The notes beneath the pieces are model-generated. The model was not told where the DNA came from, ran no database searches, and saw only the letters and a program-made list of their open reading frames with translations. A program made the position numbers and the translations under genes. This document shows, in pieces, positions 36,709-49,140 of a stretch of 64,000 bases of DNA (the first letter of the stretch is position 1; each line of letters starts with the position of its first letter). Source of the DNA: Chara braunii (lineage: Eukaryota; Plantae; Charophyceae); contig BFEA01000010.1 in NCBI GenBank assembly GCA_003427395.1, positions 2,105,578 through 2,169,577 on the forward strand, in the 5' to 3' direction.

Positions 36709-37593
36709 TCGAACTCCAACCAGACCTCGGCCCTCGCAAGCGCTTCTAGCTCGTCTCACGACGGCGTCTCGCCAGACCGGATTCCCAATCTCGGTCTCTT
36801 CATTTTGGACAAGAATATATGGGAGTATGAGCGAGTGAACTGTTCACGACGATATTTGAACATCGAGTCGGATGTTGCGTCGGATGGGCAAGTTCCCGTG
36901 ATATCGAGGATGGGCGCCACCGCCGATGACCTTGTGGTCGATGGAGATATGGGTTGGAACTTCTGGTACCTGTACTCCTTGGAAGACGAAATTGATGTAG
37001 AGCCCCTCGGCGAGGAGGGAGATCCAGAACCTGTCACTCCTGAAGAGATGACGGACGCGTGGCGCGTCGTCTGTGCAAAGCAGAGTTGGTCAGACGCAGA
37101 TAGGAGGCAAGTAAAGCTTTGTGCCTGGTTTTGCCTGGGACAACTGGTTGTGCCTGCGCCGGTCATCATAGATTATTACAGTCGTCTTCGGGTATTCAAC
37201 CGTTATACGACGGTTGTGACGCTGTTCACGGCCGTGAAGGTTGACGGTCGAAACATAAGAGCGCTTTTCATTGCAAGGGAGGAGTTCCGAGGAGTCACCC
37301 TCAATTCTGTGCAAGCGTTTCGCAACCCCACGGTCGAGGGTGCGCTCAGACGCTTCAGAGATCGGTTATCGTACAATGCGGCATTAAGGAAGGAGATCAA
37401 CTTCAGAGTCGACTGTTTGGTGCACTCTCAGTTGCACTACCTTTTCGATAACTGTGACGAGATTTCATGGAAAGTGGAAGATAGGGACCGCAACTTAGAG
37501 GCTGTTTTTCAAGAGGAGGAATACCGTCTCTCGACGACCCATGATGTGTACGACTGTCCGTACTGTCGCAACGGACATCCTGAATATGTGTAA
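36709..37593 (+). CDS. Cargo paralogue B, copy 2: open for 294 codons from the splice acceptor, but the family ATG reads TCG
   Basis: The frame is open from GCAG|G-TCG AAC TCC AAC through ORF 36805-37593. This is the best-preserved family member. Confidence 0.65.
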   Translation, partial: SNSNQTSALASASSSSHDGVSPDRIPNLGLFILDKNIWEYERVNCSRRYLNIESDVASDGQVPVISRMGATADDLVVDGDMGWNFWYLYSLEDEIDVEPLGEEGDPEPVTPEEMTDAWRVVCAKQSWSDADRRQVKLCAWFCLGQLVVPAPVIIDYYSRLRVFNRYTTVVTLFTAVKVDGRNIRALFIAREEFRGVTLNSVQAFRNPTVEGALRRFRDRLSYNAALRKEINFRVDCLVHSQLHYLFDNCDEISWKVEDRDRNLEAVFQEEEYRLSTTHDVYDCPYCRNGHPEYV

Positions 37594-37935
37594 GGAAAGT
37601 GATCCTCAATAGGAGAGTAGTCTGACCGTTCCACATGAATGACGTGTTGGAAATAAGTCAAGATTAAGCGGCGGTTGCAGGACTTGCGCTCGCTTGCGAA
37701 GTGCGAATTTATTCTCACTTATCAAACCACATGAATGACGTGTAGAAAATAAGTCGAGATTAAAAGGCGGTTATAGAACTTCCGCTCTCTTGCGAAGAGC
37801 GAACAAATTCTCAGTTATCGAACCATTTCGTGCACATCAAGATCCTGTATTTGTTGCTTATGCACTCGGTTATTTTTTATGCACTCGGGAGAATTGCAAC
37901 TGGCGCGCTTCCTTGCATTTCTCCGCTGATGTAGA

Positions 37936-38836
37936 ATGGATATCGGTACTTCGTCGCAGAGTACGAACTCCTCAGCGCCGGACACCGATTTGATCATTTT
38001 GTCAAAGAACATTTTGGAAGACATTGGGCGTTGTGTTGTGGACCGTGACTACCTGCACCTCGAAAATGATGTTGCCCCAGATGGGGAAATCCCTTCATGG
38101 CAAAGTACGGAAGACGGACCCCTTCAGATTTGTTGTGATACACGGTCGAACTTTTGGTACCTCTACACACTGATGAAGGATGTACAGGCATGCCCTATCG
38201 GGTTGGAGTAACTTCTGAAGAGGGAACCATTCGAAGAGGAACCCGTCCAAACTTCTGAGATGGTGGAAGCATGGCACATTCTATGTGAGAAACTAAAGTG
38301 GACGTCGTTGGACAAGTTGCATCAAAAATTTTGTGCCTGGTTTTGCCTCGGGAGACCGACGAAGTCGGCGCTGGTAATCATAGACTACTTCGGTCGAGTG
38401 AGGGTGTGTAATCGTGGCACCACCGTGGTGACGCTCTTCACTGCCATGAAGGTGGGCGGTCGAAGAATAAGACCTCTTTTCCTAGCAAGGGAGGAATTTC
38501 ACGGTGTCAAACTCTCTTCTTTTCAAGTGTTTCACACATCCGGCCCTAGTGGTTCCTTTGCGCGGTTCAAAAAAAGGTTAGCCATAGATCATGCACTCAA
38601 AGATGAGCTAGATTTGAGGGTTGACTGCTAAATGCACCAACAACTTAACTATCTCTTTGGATAGCTGCGACGAAATAAATTTCACAGTCGAACATAGGGA
38701 CAACGAATTGCGATTTGTTTACTGTCGTCTGGATTATTCAACCTCCGGACCTCAGGATGTGATACTGCGCAACGGGAAGACGAGATATGTGTGCGACTTC
38801 CCTTACTTCAATGCTGGACATCTACATCTTCACTAA
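37936..38836 (+). pseudogene. Cargo paralogue C, copy 2
   Basis: Near-identical to 2952-3849, with different stops (38209, 38629). Confidence 0.8.
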
Positions 38837-38879
38837 CGGCGTTAGACTCGCACTATGCTTACATCCCTTTGAATTTCTT

Positions 38880-39310
38880 TGAATGTTACCACATCGGAGA
38901 ACATTTGTGGTTTAGAGTGGTTTGGCAACACTTGGATTCCCAGATACCGCTACCTTCTGGTTGCCGATGATGATGACAGTCCGCTGTTCTACGGAGAGAA
39001 GATGGTGACAGTCCGCCGTTCTGGGAGACCGTTACGCGTTCCAAATCCATAACTCGAGCAATTTGAATGAAATTTTAAGAGATATACTCGTGCGCGCCTT
39101 GCCAAATATCGAAGCATATCTTCAGGCCCGAATTCGAACCAAATCCTTTTAGTCGACTTCGACATTAATGAGCGTGACGACGACGATCGTGGCAGGCTTC
39201 TCGAAGACTGTACATGCTGCTACCATGGAGATCGTACTAACTCTTTTCACGCGACGCATGATACGAAGATAGTCATCGTCTCAGGATATCCGGATTCCAT
39301 ATGCGAATAG
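38880..39310 (+). pseudogene. Deleted remnant of cargo ORF E, copy 2
   Basis: Matches parts of 4210-4280 and 4580-4893. Confidence 0.75.
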
Positions 39311-41072
39311 ACTCGCATTTACCATCTTGCAATAGGTCTGGCTATATCCAAGCGCTTCTGTGTGGGACTTGTGTAGGCAGGTGAACATCGTGTCGGGCTT
39401 GGATGAGCTTTTGTCTAATGTAGGACTTCAACACGAATCAGCATTTGTGTAGGTCTTCGACTTGAATCAACTTTTGTGTAGGACTTCCGTTGAACTTGTG
39501 TTCGACATGTTTGTATTAAATTTTGAGGTAGGGTTTGTTTCAAGTGTAATGTAGGACTTTTCGGCTTGTGTTGGACTTCGGTTGAGCTTGTGTTCGACAT
39601 GACCGTAGTATGTAGAGCCTGTGTTCGACGGCTCGTGGTTTTGGCGACGAGGGTGTGTCATATAGACTTTTCGGAAGCGTCTTGTGTAGATGAGGGCATG
39701 TCATGTAGACTGTTCGACGTGGGCTTGAATGATTTTTGGAAAGCCTACATGTACCTTAGAACGTATCCTTCAATGATTTTTGGAAAGGCTTCATGTACTT
39801 TGTGATTTTTGGAAAGCCTCTGTGTACTTTGCAATGTGGGATTGAATGTTCTCTTGCATTGAATGATTTCTGGAAACGCCTCTGTGTACTTTGCAATTTG
39901 CGATTGAATGATTTTCTTGCATTGAATGATTTATGAAAATTCTCCATGTGGTGTACAACTTGACCTTTAGAAAAACACTAGGCAACTTGCAGGTGTCTCC
40001 ATCTCGATGTTTGCGATGACAAGAGTTAATTATATGAATGGATGTTATGTATCTTGTCCATGCAAAGATTTGATGACTCGCACTTGTGGTGTGCGCACTT
40101 GTGGTATGAACCCCGAGCAATCTACTTAAGTAAGAGTTCACTCGCACTTTGCTTCAACTTAACCTTTGAAAAAACAACAGGCAACTTGCAAGTGTTGCCC
40201 TCTCTCCATCCCTCTGACTTTCATAATAGTGATGTTGCAAGTGTTTCGATCTCTAATCTTCATGTCATGGCATGCATTTCGATGAAAAGATGATTATGTC
40301 AAGGAGGGGATCTTTGTTTGCGATGACAAGACTGAATGATATAAATCGATGTTATGGATTTGTCCATGCAAACGTCCACATTAAATCACCACGCCTATGG
40401 TGTGCGCACCTAACTCTCCATCTAAGTGCGAGTTCACTCGCACTTGTTGTGTGAACCCCAAGTAATCCACTTAAGTGAGAGTTCACTCGCACTTCGCTTA
40501 TATGCCATTCAACAGAAACGACCACCAACCTAGCCCCAGTTGCGACTGAGCAACAAAGACTGTCCAAAAACTGATAACATGGGGGGCCTGGAGTTCAATT
40601 CTGTTTGTGGAATGCGAAACTCTGCTCGAAACAGATCCTGGTCCAACAGGAACGCCACCACAGACCTCGAACGATTTGTTTTTGCACTGACTCCAAACAA
40701 TTCGACTAAAAAGATTGCACATTTTTATGTAATCATTTGTTGGATATTCACAAATCCCGATGTTAAACGTGTTGTAGCTAGTTTAGCTTAGATAGGCATG
40801 TACCATCAGTGGGAGTTAGGAATGGAGAAAATGTCATTTGATTAGGAGGAAAAAAGGCAGTTACACGAACACATCGCGCAGAGCTGCATGCTCGTGTGGT
40901 TGTGCAGTGTGTGTACTTGAAAGCATGTACAAACCTTGTGAATATTCAGTTAGGGACGTGACGAATGGGTGTAGGCTTCACCAGGGGAGTTATCATTTGC
41001 CAACTTTATTTATGAGTGTCTACATGTCTGTATGTATCGTTTAATATATGTGTGTGATGTGTAGGGTGCATA

Positions 41073-41992
41073 ATGTTGTCTAGAACATCGACAAGCATGA
41101 GCACGAGTCTCGAGACGCACATGCGTTTAGTAGAACCGTTTCCTCCTTGCGCGAAATCGGTGCGACATTATAACGGTCATACTAGGATCCACGAAGTAAC
41201 CAAAGAGGACTTCGAAGAGGACCCATGGATGACTGTCGTCCCGTACATGAACCGGCATCTTGACGATTGGAGCGATGCTACTTGGAACGCGATGGAAAGT
41301 GGTTGCCCTTGGGCAAGCCATTACAAGTTTGCCAATATGTTAGAGTTCGGGAACCTCATTACACTGCCTGATGGTGTCCTCGAGCACAAGTTCCTGAACC
41401 ATATGCGCAAAACACTACGCTGCATTAGCCGCTATAGTAGTCGCTTCGACTGCGACGACATTCGCCACGAACTTGGGGAAGTTCGCGGAAACAAAAGTTG
41501 GTGGACTGCGCTCGTCATTGTTCATTCTTGGAGCAGTACCCACTCCGTTGCCTCTGGATTTCTCCACAAGTTGTGTCATACTGTGGTGTGCGGTTGACTG
41601 TTGTCGGATGTGATTTCGCCAGAGTGCTATGTGTCGCTACTTCGAACAAAAGAAGGAAACTCGTCGATGAACTTGTGCGTGTATCACGAAACGAGGTGGT
41701 ACTTGAGGGAAGGCGGGGAAGTTCGCGGAACAAGTTCGTGTCGTTGCGGTACCTCGGTGCAGATGGGTGGTCAGATTTAGTGATAGCAGGCCAATTCGAA
41801 GATTTTTCATTGTGGCGTGAGGTGGAAGAGAAAGTGTCCGACATACGAGACTTTATAGGAAATTCCTTAGCACGACCGGGAGGGTTTGTTAGGATGAAAT
41901 ACATGTCCGTATTTTCGGAGAATGCAACAGTCGAGGAACCGCAGATCCACATATATGGATCATCAATGAATGCTATGTATGGCTTTAGTTAA
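41073..41992 (+). pseudogene. Unknown ORF pair (174 aa and 164 aa, overlapping frames) inserted among the subterminal repeats
   Basis: Coding-like composition, upstream GTGTAG acceptor, and an internal repeat GGGAAGTTCGCGGAA. No recognisable domain. Confidence 0.35.
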
Positions 41993-44239
41993 CGACCTCG
42001 TCCGCGGAAAACCCCGTATGTCACTAGATCTTGACGGGTTGTCAGACCTTGTGTTTAAGGGAAAAGGGAGCAAGAGGTGTGAGAGGCATGTGTGTAGCCG
42101 AAAATGGTAGACATGAAGCAGTAGAGAGAGGTGTGAGAGGCAGTAGTTGCAAGTAGACGCTATACCGAGTATGTTCGTAGTTCTGTAATTTACGATTTTT
42201 GGAAAACCTCTGTGTACTGTGCAATGTGTGATTGAATAATTTTTTGCAGTGAATGGTTTTTGAAAACACCGTTGCGTACTTCGCAATGTGCGGTTGAATG
42301 TTTTTTTTGCATTGAACGATTTTTTGAAACTCTCCCTCCGGTGTACAACTTGACCTTCAGGAAAACAAAAGCTCAAGTTGCAAGTGTTTTCATCTCGATG
42401 TTGCGATGACAAAAGTTAATGTTATGAACGGATGTGATATTTATTATCCATGCAAAGATTTGATGATATTTTCACCTTGGAATATACAAGTGACAAGCCA
42501 ACGTCCATATTAAATAATCATGCTGATGGTGTGCGCACCTTGCTCTCCATCTAAGTGCGAGTTCACGCACACTAGTGGTGTGAACCCCGAGCAATCCACT
42601 TAAGTGAGAGTTCACTCGCACTTTGCTTCAATTGGACCTTTGCAAAAACAACAGGCAATTTGCAAGTGTTTCCCTCCGTCCATCCCTCCCACTTATATAA
42701 TAGTGATCTTGCAAGTGTTTCGATCTCTCATCTTCATGTCAAGGGATGCATGGATGTTTTCGATGAAAAGATGCTTATGTCAAGGAGGGGATCGATGTTT
42801 GTAGTGACAAGAATGACTGTTATGAATCTATGTTATGGATTTGTCCATGCAAAGATTTGATGACATTTTCAGCCGGGAATATACAATTGACAAGCCACCA
42901 TCTATATTAAATCACCACGCTAATGGAGTGCGCACCTAATTCTCCATCTAAGTGCGAGTTCATTCGCACTTGTGGTGTGAAGCCCGAACAATTCCCTCGC
43001 ACTATGCTTCAACTTGACCTTTAGAAAAACAACAGGCAACCTGCAAATGTTTCCCTCTCTCCATCTCTCCCGACTTTCACAATAGTGACCTTGCAAATGT
43101 TTCAATCTCTCATCTTCATGTCATGGGATGCATGAATGTTTTCGATAAAAAGATGCTCATGTCAAGGAGCGGATCGAACGCACCGCCGGTAAGCACCTGT
43201 ACATCTCGAAGCAAGAGCACGTCCAAATTGGAATATTGTCGGGTCCTTGCGTTGTTGACTCCCACATGATGACTACACTAAACCGCGGCAGGATGACCGG
43301 TCTGCCTCTCCGATGTGGATCTAACGGTGGATTGCGTCAAATCTGCTCTCAAAGATCAACATCGGGGATGGGGGCCTGCATCCGACCACTGTTTGCTTGT
43401 AAGGCATCATATGATGTGTCGATATAACCGACATCCAGAACTGTTTGGTGAGCATCTAGTGCTACGCCAATAAGTTAAAAACACAAGTGCCGACTGACAA
43501 ACAAATAGATGGACAGACGTAAACAAAAATGCAAGATAGACTGTCTGCCCAGGGATCATTTATCAGATGGATAAGGGCTCATCACCTCGCGCATGGGCAT
43601 GTGCATGTGTGTGTGTGTGTATGAAAAGAATTAAGAGAATGAGAAACGAAAACAGCCAAGGCATGGCAAACCAGACACGGACAGAAAACGGACGAACAGG
43701 TAGGCAAGACACACTCACACACACGCATAGAGGAAGAGAGAAAAAATAAAGGAGGTAAAATTAAAGATAACGTATCTTTCCATGATGAAATGGAAGAATC
43801 ACTTACCTTCTGTGCGGTCCGAGCGTAGTACAGCGGGGACCATTACATTCAAAAAAGAAACCGTAAGCGAGATTGTTAACTGCTTACGAGAACGAGCATT
43901 TCACAGATTGCTTCCTACTGGAGGTTGTATGATAAGAAGATCACAAAAGTTGTGTAACTCACGGATCATCTGTTATTGGTACACAGACCCTCGTCCATAA
44001 AGCGTTTGCAAGCATACATGGCTAGAAGAGGGAAAGACAGACATACAGACACAAACAAAAAACAGACCGAATCAGACAGACAGTAAACGGAACAAGCACG
44101 GATACAAACAAACATACAGTCAAAAAAGCAGACACAGACAGTTGGAAACAGACAATCAGACAGATAGGCAATCAAGAGAAAGGGGAAGCAGGGTGAAGGG
44201 CGCACAGTCATAGCCAAGTTGCATTGCCACGGCTGGATA

Positions 44240-44620
44240 GGTACGCAGTGGCGTCTATGTATTGGGGGATGAGGTTGCGAGTAAGGCGAAAGGCATACCT
44301 AGTGCTGGAGGTGTGCGACATTGGTCGCTATATGCTCGTACTTCGGGAAAGTTGTTGTCGTCATCATTCGGCATTGTAATCTAGGCTGGATAGGAACTGC
44401 CATCTGTAGTCTGGGCGCCGAGCGCCAGATAAGGATATCAGCATTGGTTCCTCATTGACAATGATGATGAGACCTTACCGACATTGTAAGTTTTGAGCTT
44501 TTGGTGTCTTTGTGCTTGACGAAACTAGTGATGCAATTCTGCTGTTGGTTTGAGGCCACGATTATCTGGTCTTATGTACATGATACTGTCTGATTGTTGA
44601 AGCTTGGTATTGATTGATTG
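44240..44620 (+). mobile_element. Partial LTR related to 9668-10646
   Basis: CATACCT.GTGCT.GAGG.GTGCG.CATTGG..GTAGTCTGGGC.CCGAGCGCCAGATA is shared with 10298-10440. Confidence 0.7.
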
Positions 44621-44629
44621 ATTGGTATA

Positions 44630-44711
44630 ATCATTATTATTATTATTATTGTTATTTTTAGCATTATTACTATTATTATTATTATTATTATTACTATTAT
44701 TATTATTATTA
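44630..44711. repeat. (ATT)n microsatellite
   Basis: Direct observation. A second tract lies at 46587-46632. Confidence 0.95.
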
Positions 44712-46586
44712 GTGTAATCAGACTCGCCCTTATTCATGCATGCGAACATGTGCGCAGTAAACTGGCAATAGGCAGATCTCAGACGAAAAACGCAGTTCAG
44801 ATTCAAGTTCATTTCACTATGGTGATTCAACGCCCACACAATTCTTTCTGTTCAGGATGATCCTGGGTATTCCCCGAGCCAGCACACTGACTCTCACACA
44901 CTCACGTACACGCTGACTCGGCCATGGTCGCAACCCTGCTGGTTGTGGTTGCACAACCTCTTTTTGCCCACTTCGTATTCGGGCTCGCTACAGACCACCT
45001 TGTACAAGTCGATTATGGCAGCGCTTTTCGCTCTGCTCACACAGGAAAGGATGAATGGCTGAGCGCTACCTCTTGAAGTTATATCTCTACAACTCGTTGG
45101 CTGAACCTTTTCCCATGCCCGTAGTGCACACAGTCCCATGCGGTACTTGCTTGACTGAACAAGGACTGACTGGGACGGGGACTGCTGACTCATCACGAGT
45201 AGAGTCCACCATTGCCCTCTTGCCTCGAAGATGCTGTGAGCAAAGGTAGGAGGGCCGCTTGCGGACCTTCTGGAAGTTTGTGGATTTGGCCCTTCGGTTC
45301 TGTAGCTGCCACGACCTTGACCTTTCGGAGCTTTAGCAGCTACGACCTTGACCTCTCGGGACAGACCTACGGCTCGAAGACACGATGGCTACACTAGTTT
45401 GCGACAGACACAAGGGCAGACACACACAGAAAAATGCGAACAGGCAGTCATAATGACTTAGACAAATAGTCAGATCAACTTGCACAAACCGAAACAAACA
45501 AGCAAAAAGGACAGATGGACGATGAACAGACAAAAGGCGGTCTGAGACAGAATCAAACAGACAGCCTGGTACACACAAACAAACAATCGGACAAACGGTC
45601 TGACACAGACAAACAAACGGTCTGACACTGACAAATACAGGCAAGTAACAGGCAGACATAGATGCAGACAGACAAGTCAGACAAGACAAACAGCCAGGAC
45701 TGGTAGATATCAGTGGACAGACGAACGCATACGCTGAGGCGGAGAGAGAAAGAGATAGGCTGGCGACAGTCAGACACATATTTGGAAACACAGCTAGACA
45801 CAAACAATCAGCTAAAACACACGAAGATGGTCAGACAAGACCGATTCAAACATACAGATACATACATACATATATTAAGACAGACAGGCCCAACTAATGT
45901 GGAGAGCCGCCTACCTTTGATGCAGATATTGGGTTTGAGTTGCTGTGATCAACATTGTTGAGCACTTAGTGACTGATCACGAAAACTATGGTAACCTGTT
46001 GAGACCAAGCATATCCGGACCCTGCATCTCTGGTCTCCAGTGTGGGCTTAGTCTGATTTCTCAGTCGGTGGCTGTGTGCATAGGTGTGTGAAAGAAGGAG
46101 AAGAGAAGGAGAGAGAGAAAGAGAAGAGAAGGGAGGGGGGAAGAGACAGGCAGACAGACTGACACGAGCAGTCAGACAAGCAAGCAAACAGACAGACGCA
46201 CCTACCTAGGGGAAAAGAGAGAAAAATGAAGGTGGTGACGAACGAGTACATACCTGATCTTGGCGATGGTCTGTAAAAGGTCGACAACTTCTTGTACTTC
46301 GACTCTACTCGAGACATCGACAGTTGCATTGTCAATTCGTAGACGTGTAATAGCTGCATGGAGGAAATCTGAGCACTGAGCTCTAAGTAGGAGCAAGAAT
46401 TCTGAATACTTATGAAGTAACGGTGAGAGTATGTGCTCCTAGACGATCGAGTTCAGCGTTTTTTCTCCATTGGAAAAGGGTTGGTTCAATTTTGCCTTAC
46501 TAGACAGTGACGGACTACCTGGTTTTCAATGTGACCTTGCGATCTGGAATCTGTCATGTCGCCTTTTGATAATTGTATTACGTTCC

Positions 46587-46632
<46 letters not shown>

Positions 46633-48152
46633 GATGTTACTGGCAATCCCAACACACCTCGTGTCTGCCCTAAGTGAAGGCAGGCTTGAATACCCGCGAG
46701 ATGCCCCTACATCAGCCTTGTTCAATGAAGGCCTTGGACAACTGCAGCAAGCGGCTGAGCCAGGACATGGGTTATTACACCCTAAGCATGCGCAACATGA
46801 AGGCCGTAGGCCCTTGAGAAACACAACATTGTCACCAAGTCGTAGAGCGGGCGTGAAGTGGCGTGGGTCGCGGCCAAACAGCGTGACACTAGCAGACTAT
46901 GGTCAGGTAGGGCGTCAGACACACATGGTTATAGAAACGCGTATGCGGAACAATGAGCAAGTTGCTATGCCCCGGGGTGTGTGGCAGGTACAAGGAGAAT
47001 GAATGAGGGTGAAAAAGAAGAAATGTTAGAAAATGAGGAAAGAAAAAGGGATGAAAGAGGGAGAATAGAGAGGAAGAAGGAGGAAAATGAAATGAGAAGG
47101 GGAGCAATGACGAAGAGGGCGAACGGACAATTTTTGTGGCTCCTACGTTTTCTTTTTCTTTTAATTTATGAAAAGATAAATCATTTTCTGTAATGCAAAT
47201 ATTCGTATTAATATTGCTCTCCAAATTTATTATTTATATTATTTATTGGTTCATTGATTGGCATCATGGGTAAGGAGGCGAATCAGATGTGGAGGGAAGG
47301 AGTGAGATACCAGAGAGAGAAATCGTTACCATGTGACGATGCCTACCTCCATCCTCCTCAGTTCTTTCCTTGATCTAATCCCCCCCCCCCATTTTCCTTT
47401 TTGCTGTCATATCAGTCTAGGAATTTATTATAATCATCATCATTGTTATCATATTTCTATTGAACGCAGTGGGGAGGGGCAGATACGAAGAAGTACAGGG
47501 CTCTGGGAAGGAAGGGGACATCGTCACAGTATGACGGTGCCTACCTCTTCCATCCTTCTCCGTTCTTCCGTGTTCTAATCCCCTAATTTCTCTATATTTT
47601 CACAACCATCTGAAATAGTATGCTCTCTCTGAATTAAAAAATCTACTCTATGGAAAAGGATGACCAAACAAAGAAAGACAACAAGGCAATTGTGGGAGCT
47701 CTGCCGGAGTTCAGGAGGAACTCTGGAGGCAGGGAGCCATGAGGTACGTGGTGCTTATTCCTTTCCCATATACCCTTATTGGTTAAAACCATCTATTGGA
47801 CTGCGTGTATGGCTATATGACCTATTGTTTGTGTTTTCTTCAGGATTAAGCGTATCAAAAAGGGAAAGAACTATATGATTGAAGTAAAAACCTTATATGA
47901 AGTCAGGAAGAAACCTAGGAGAACCGAGAAGAAACCTAGTTTGCTTGGTTCTGAAACTTAAGGTCGTGTGATGGAGACTCTCGTTGGGTCGTCACACTGC
48001 TTGCGTGAGCTGACTAAGATGGAGGAGGGGGTACTTGTCGTGCAACGTTACACTGCCATTCATCTGACTAAAGTAACAATTGATTGATTTCAACATTAGT
48101 GACGAGAAGCTGCCGTGCAGTTTTCTTGATAAGATACATCTAGGGGCAAGGG

Positions 48153-48525
48153 TAATCCGATACTCCCGTGGGGTACATATCTTCAACGATTAACAAAAAC
48201 AAAGTTAATCCGGTACTCCCGTGGGGTACATGTCTTTAACGATTAACAAAAGCAAAGTTAATCCGGTACTCTCGTGGGGTACATGTCTTCAACAATCAAC
48301 AAAAGCAAAGTTAATCTAGTACTCACGTGGGGTATATGTCTTCAACGATTGACAAAAGCAAAGTTAATCAGGTACTCCCGTGGGGTGCATGTCTTCAACG
48401 ATTAACAAAAACAAATATAATTTGGTACTCCCGTGGGGTACATGTCTTCAACAACTAACAAGAGCAAGAGTAATCCGGTACTCCTGTGGGGTACATGTAT
48501 TTAACGACTAACAAAAGCAAAGGTA
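48153..48525. repeat. 53-bp tandem repeat, 7 units, each with the hairpin GTACTCCCGTGGGGTAC
   Basis: Unit starts at 48153, 48206, 48259, 48312, 48365, 48418 and 48471. Confidence 0.92.
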
Positions 48526-49122
48526 GTAGGAGGCTCCTGTAGGGGCTCTCCTATCGCAGATCTGACCAAACTTGGCAAGGAACTGGGTACTCACCGTGCG
48601 AGTACACAAACCCCTAAGTCTGGGTCGATCTGTCCGACTTCCCTTGGGAGTCAACATACCTTTTGCTCATTTACGATGCATAGGCCAGGTAGGTGAACTG
48701 TCAGGATGACTCAACCTAGAGTTGTTTGACTTATTTCCTACGCATCGGACTGGTAGTAGAATAACTCCCGGGAGGGTTATCCTAATACTTGTTTGATCTG
48801 GGGATCAACTAACGGGGGAAGGAAATGAGGTGATTGTGTTTGGATAGTAGAGGGATACTCCCGGGTGAGTAACCCTACTACTTGTTTGGATATGACTGAT
48901 GAATGGTATGAATAAATGCTAACGATCTATCTATTTAACATTAAGCTAGGATATGGGATGCTCCCGTGGGATCATCCCATTATTTGCTTGACCTCATCTT
49001 AACAAGCCAGGTAAAAATACTCCCGCAAAAAGAGGATCTGGTGTTCGCCTGAATCTGCTAACGTAATCCTAGCTCGTATGACTTTGAGGAAGAAGTAGGG
49101 TGACTTCCGTGAGGTCATGCTA

Positions 49123-49140
49123 CTGTCTCTTATACACATC
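49123..49140 (+). other. Nextera/Tn5 mosaic-end adapter contamination (assembly artefact)
   Basis: CTGTCTCTTATACACATC sits between two perfect 57-bp direct copies (49066-49122 and 49141-49197). Confidence 0.95.

Larger units (their letters stand above)
14888..43160 (+). mobile_element. Copy 2 of the giant Sola-like DNA transposon (left TIR to subterminal repeats; right TIR missing)
   Basis: Left TIR, divergent gene pair (multi-domain gene on minus, transposase on plus), cargo array homologous to copy 1, and the same 22-bp palindrome throughout. Confidence 0.7.
43180..46490 (-). pseudogene. Possible decayed intron-containing gene of unknown product
   Basis: Coding-like blocks alternate with (CTGT)-rich intron-like tracts. 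Minus-strand donors AG|GTAAGT (~43806) and CAG|GTATGT (~46253). Confidence 0.3.

Noticed and set aside
14888-43160. Endogenous giant virus, Polinton or Helitron
   Set aside because: No DNA polymerase, capsid, packaging ATPase or Rep-helicase motifs were seen. A DDD transposase with TIRs explains the structure.
43185-43240. SWIM zinc finger or MULE transposase (minus-strand WTCSC)
   Set aside because: The motif is incomplete and the surrounding frame is broken; support is insufficient.
48153-48525. CRISPR-like array of hairpin repeats
   Set aside because: The whole 53-bp unit repeats with no unique spacers, there are no cas genes, and the context is a eukaryotic retroelement.
49123-49140. 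Genuine Tn5/IS50 insertion or horizontal transfer
   Set aside because: It matches the synthetic mosaic end only, with no transposase or second end; this is library adapter.
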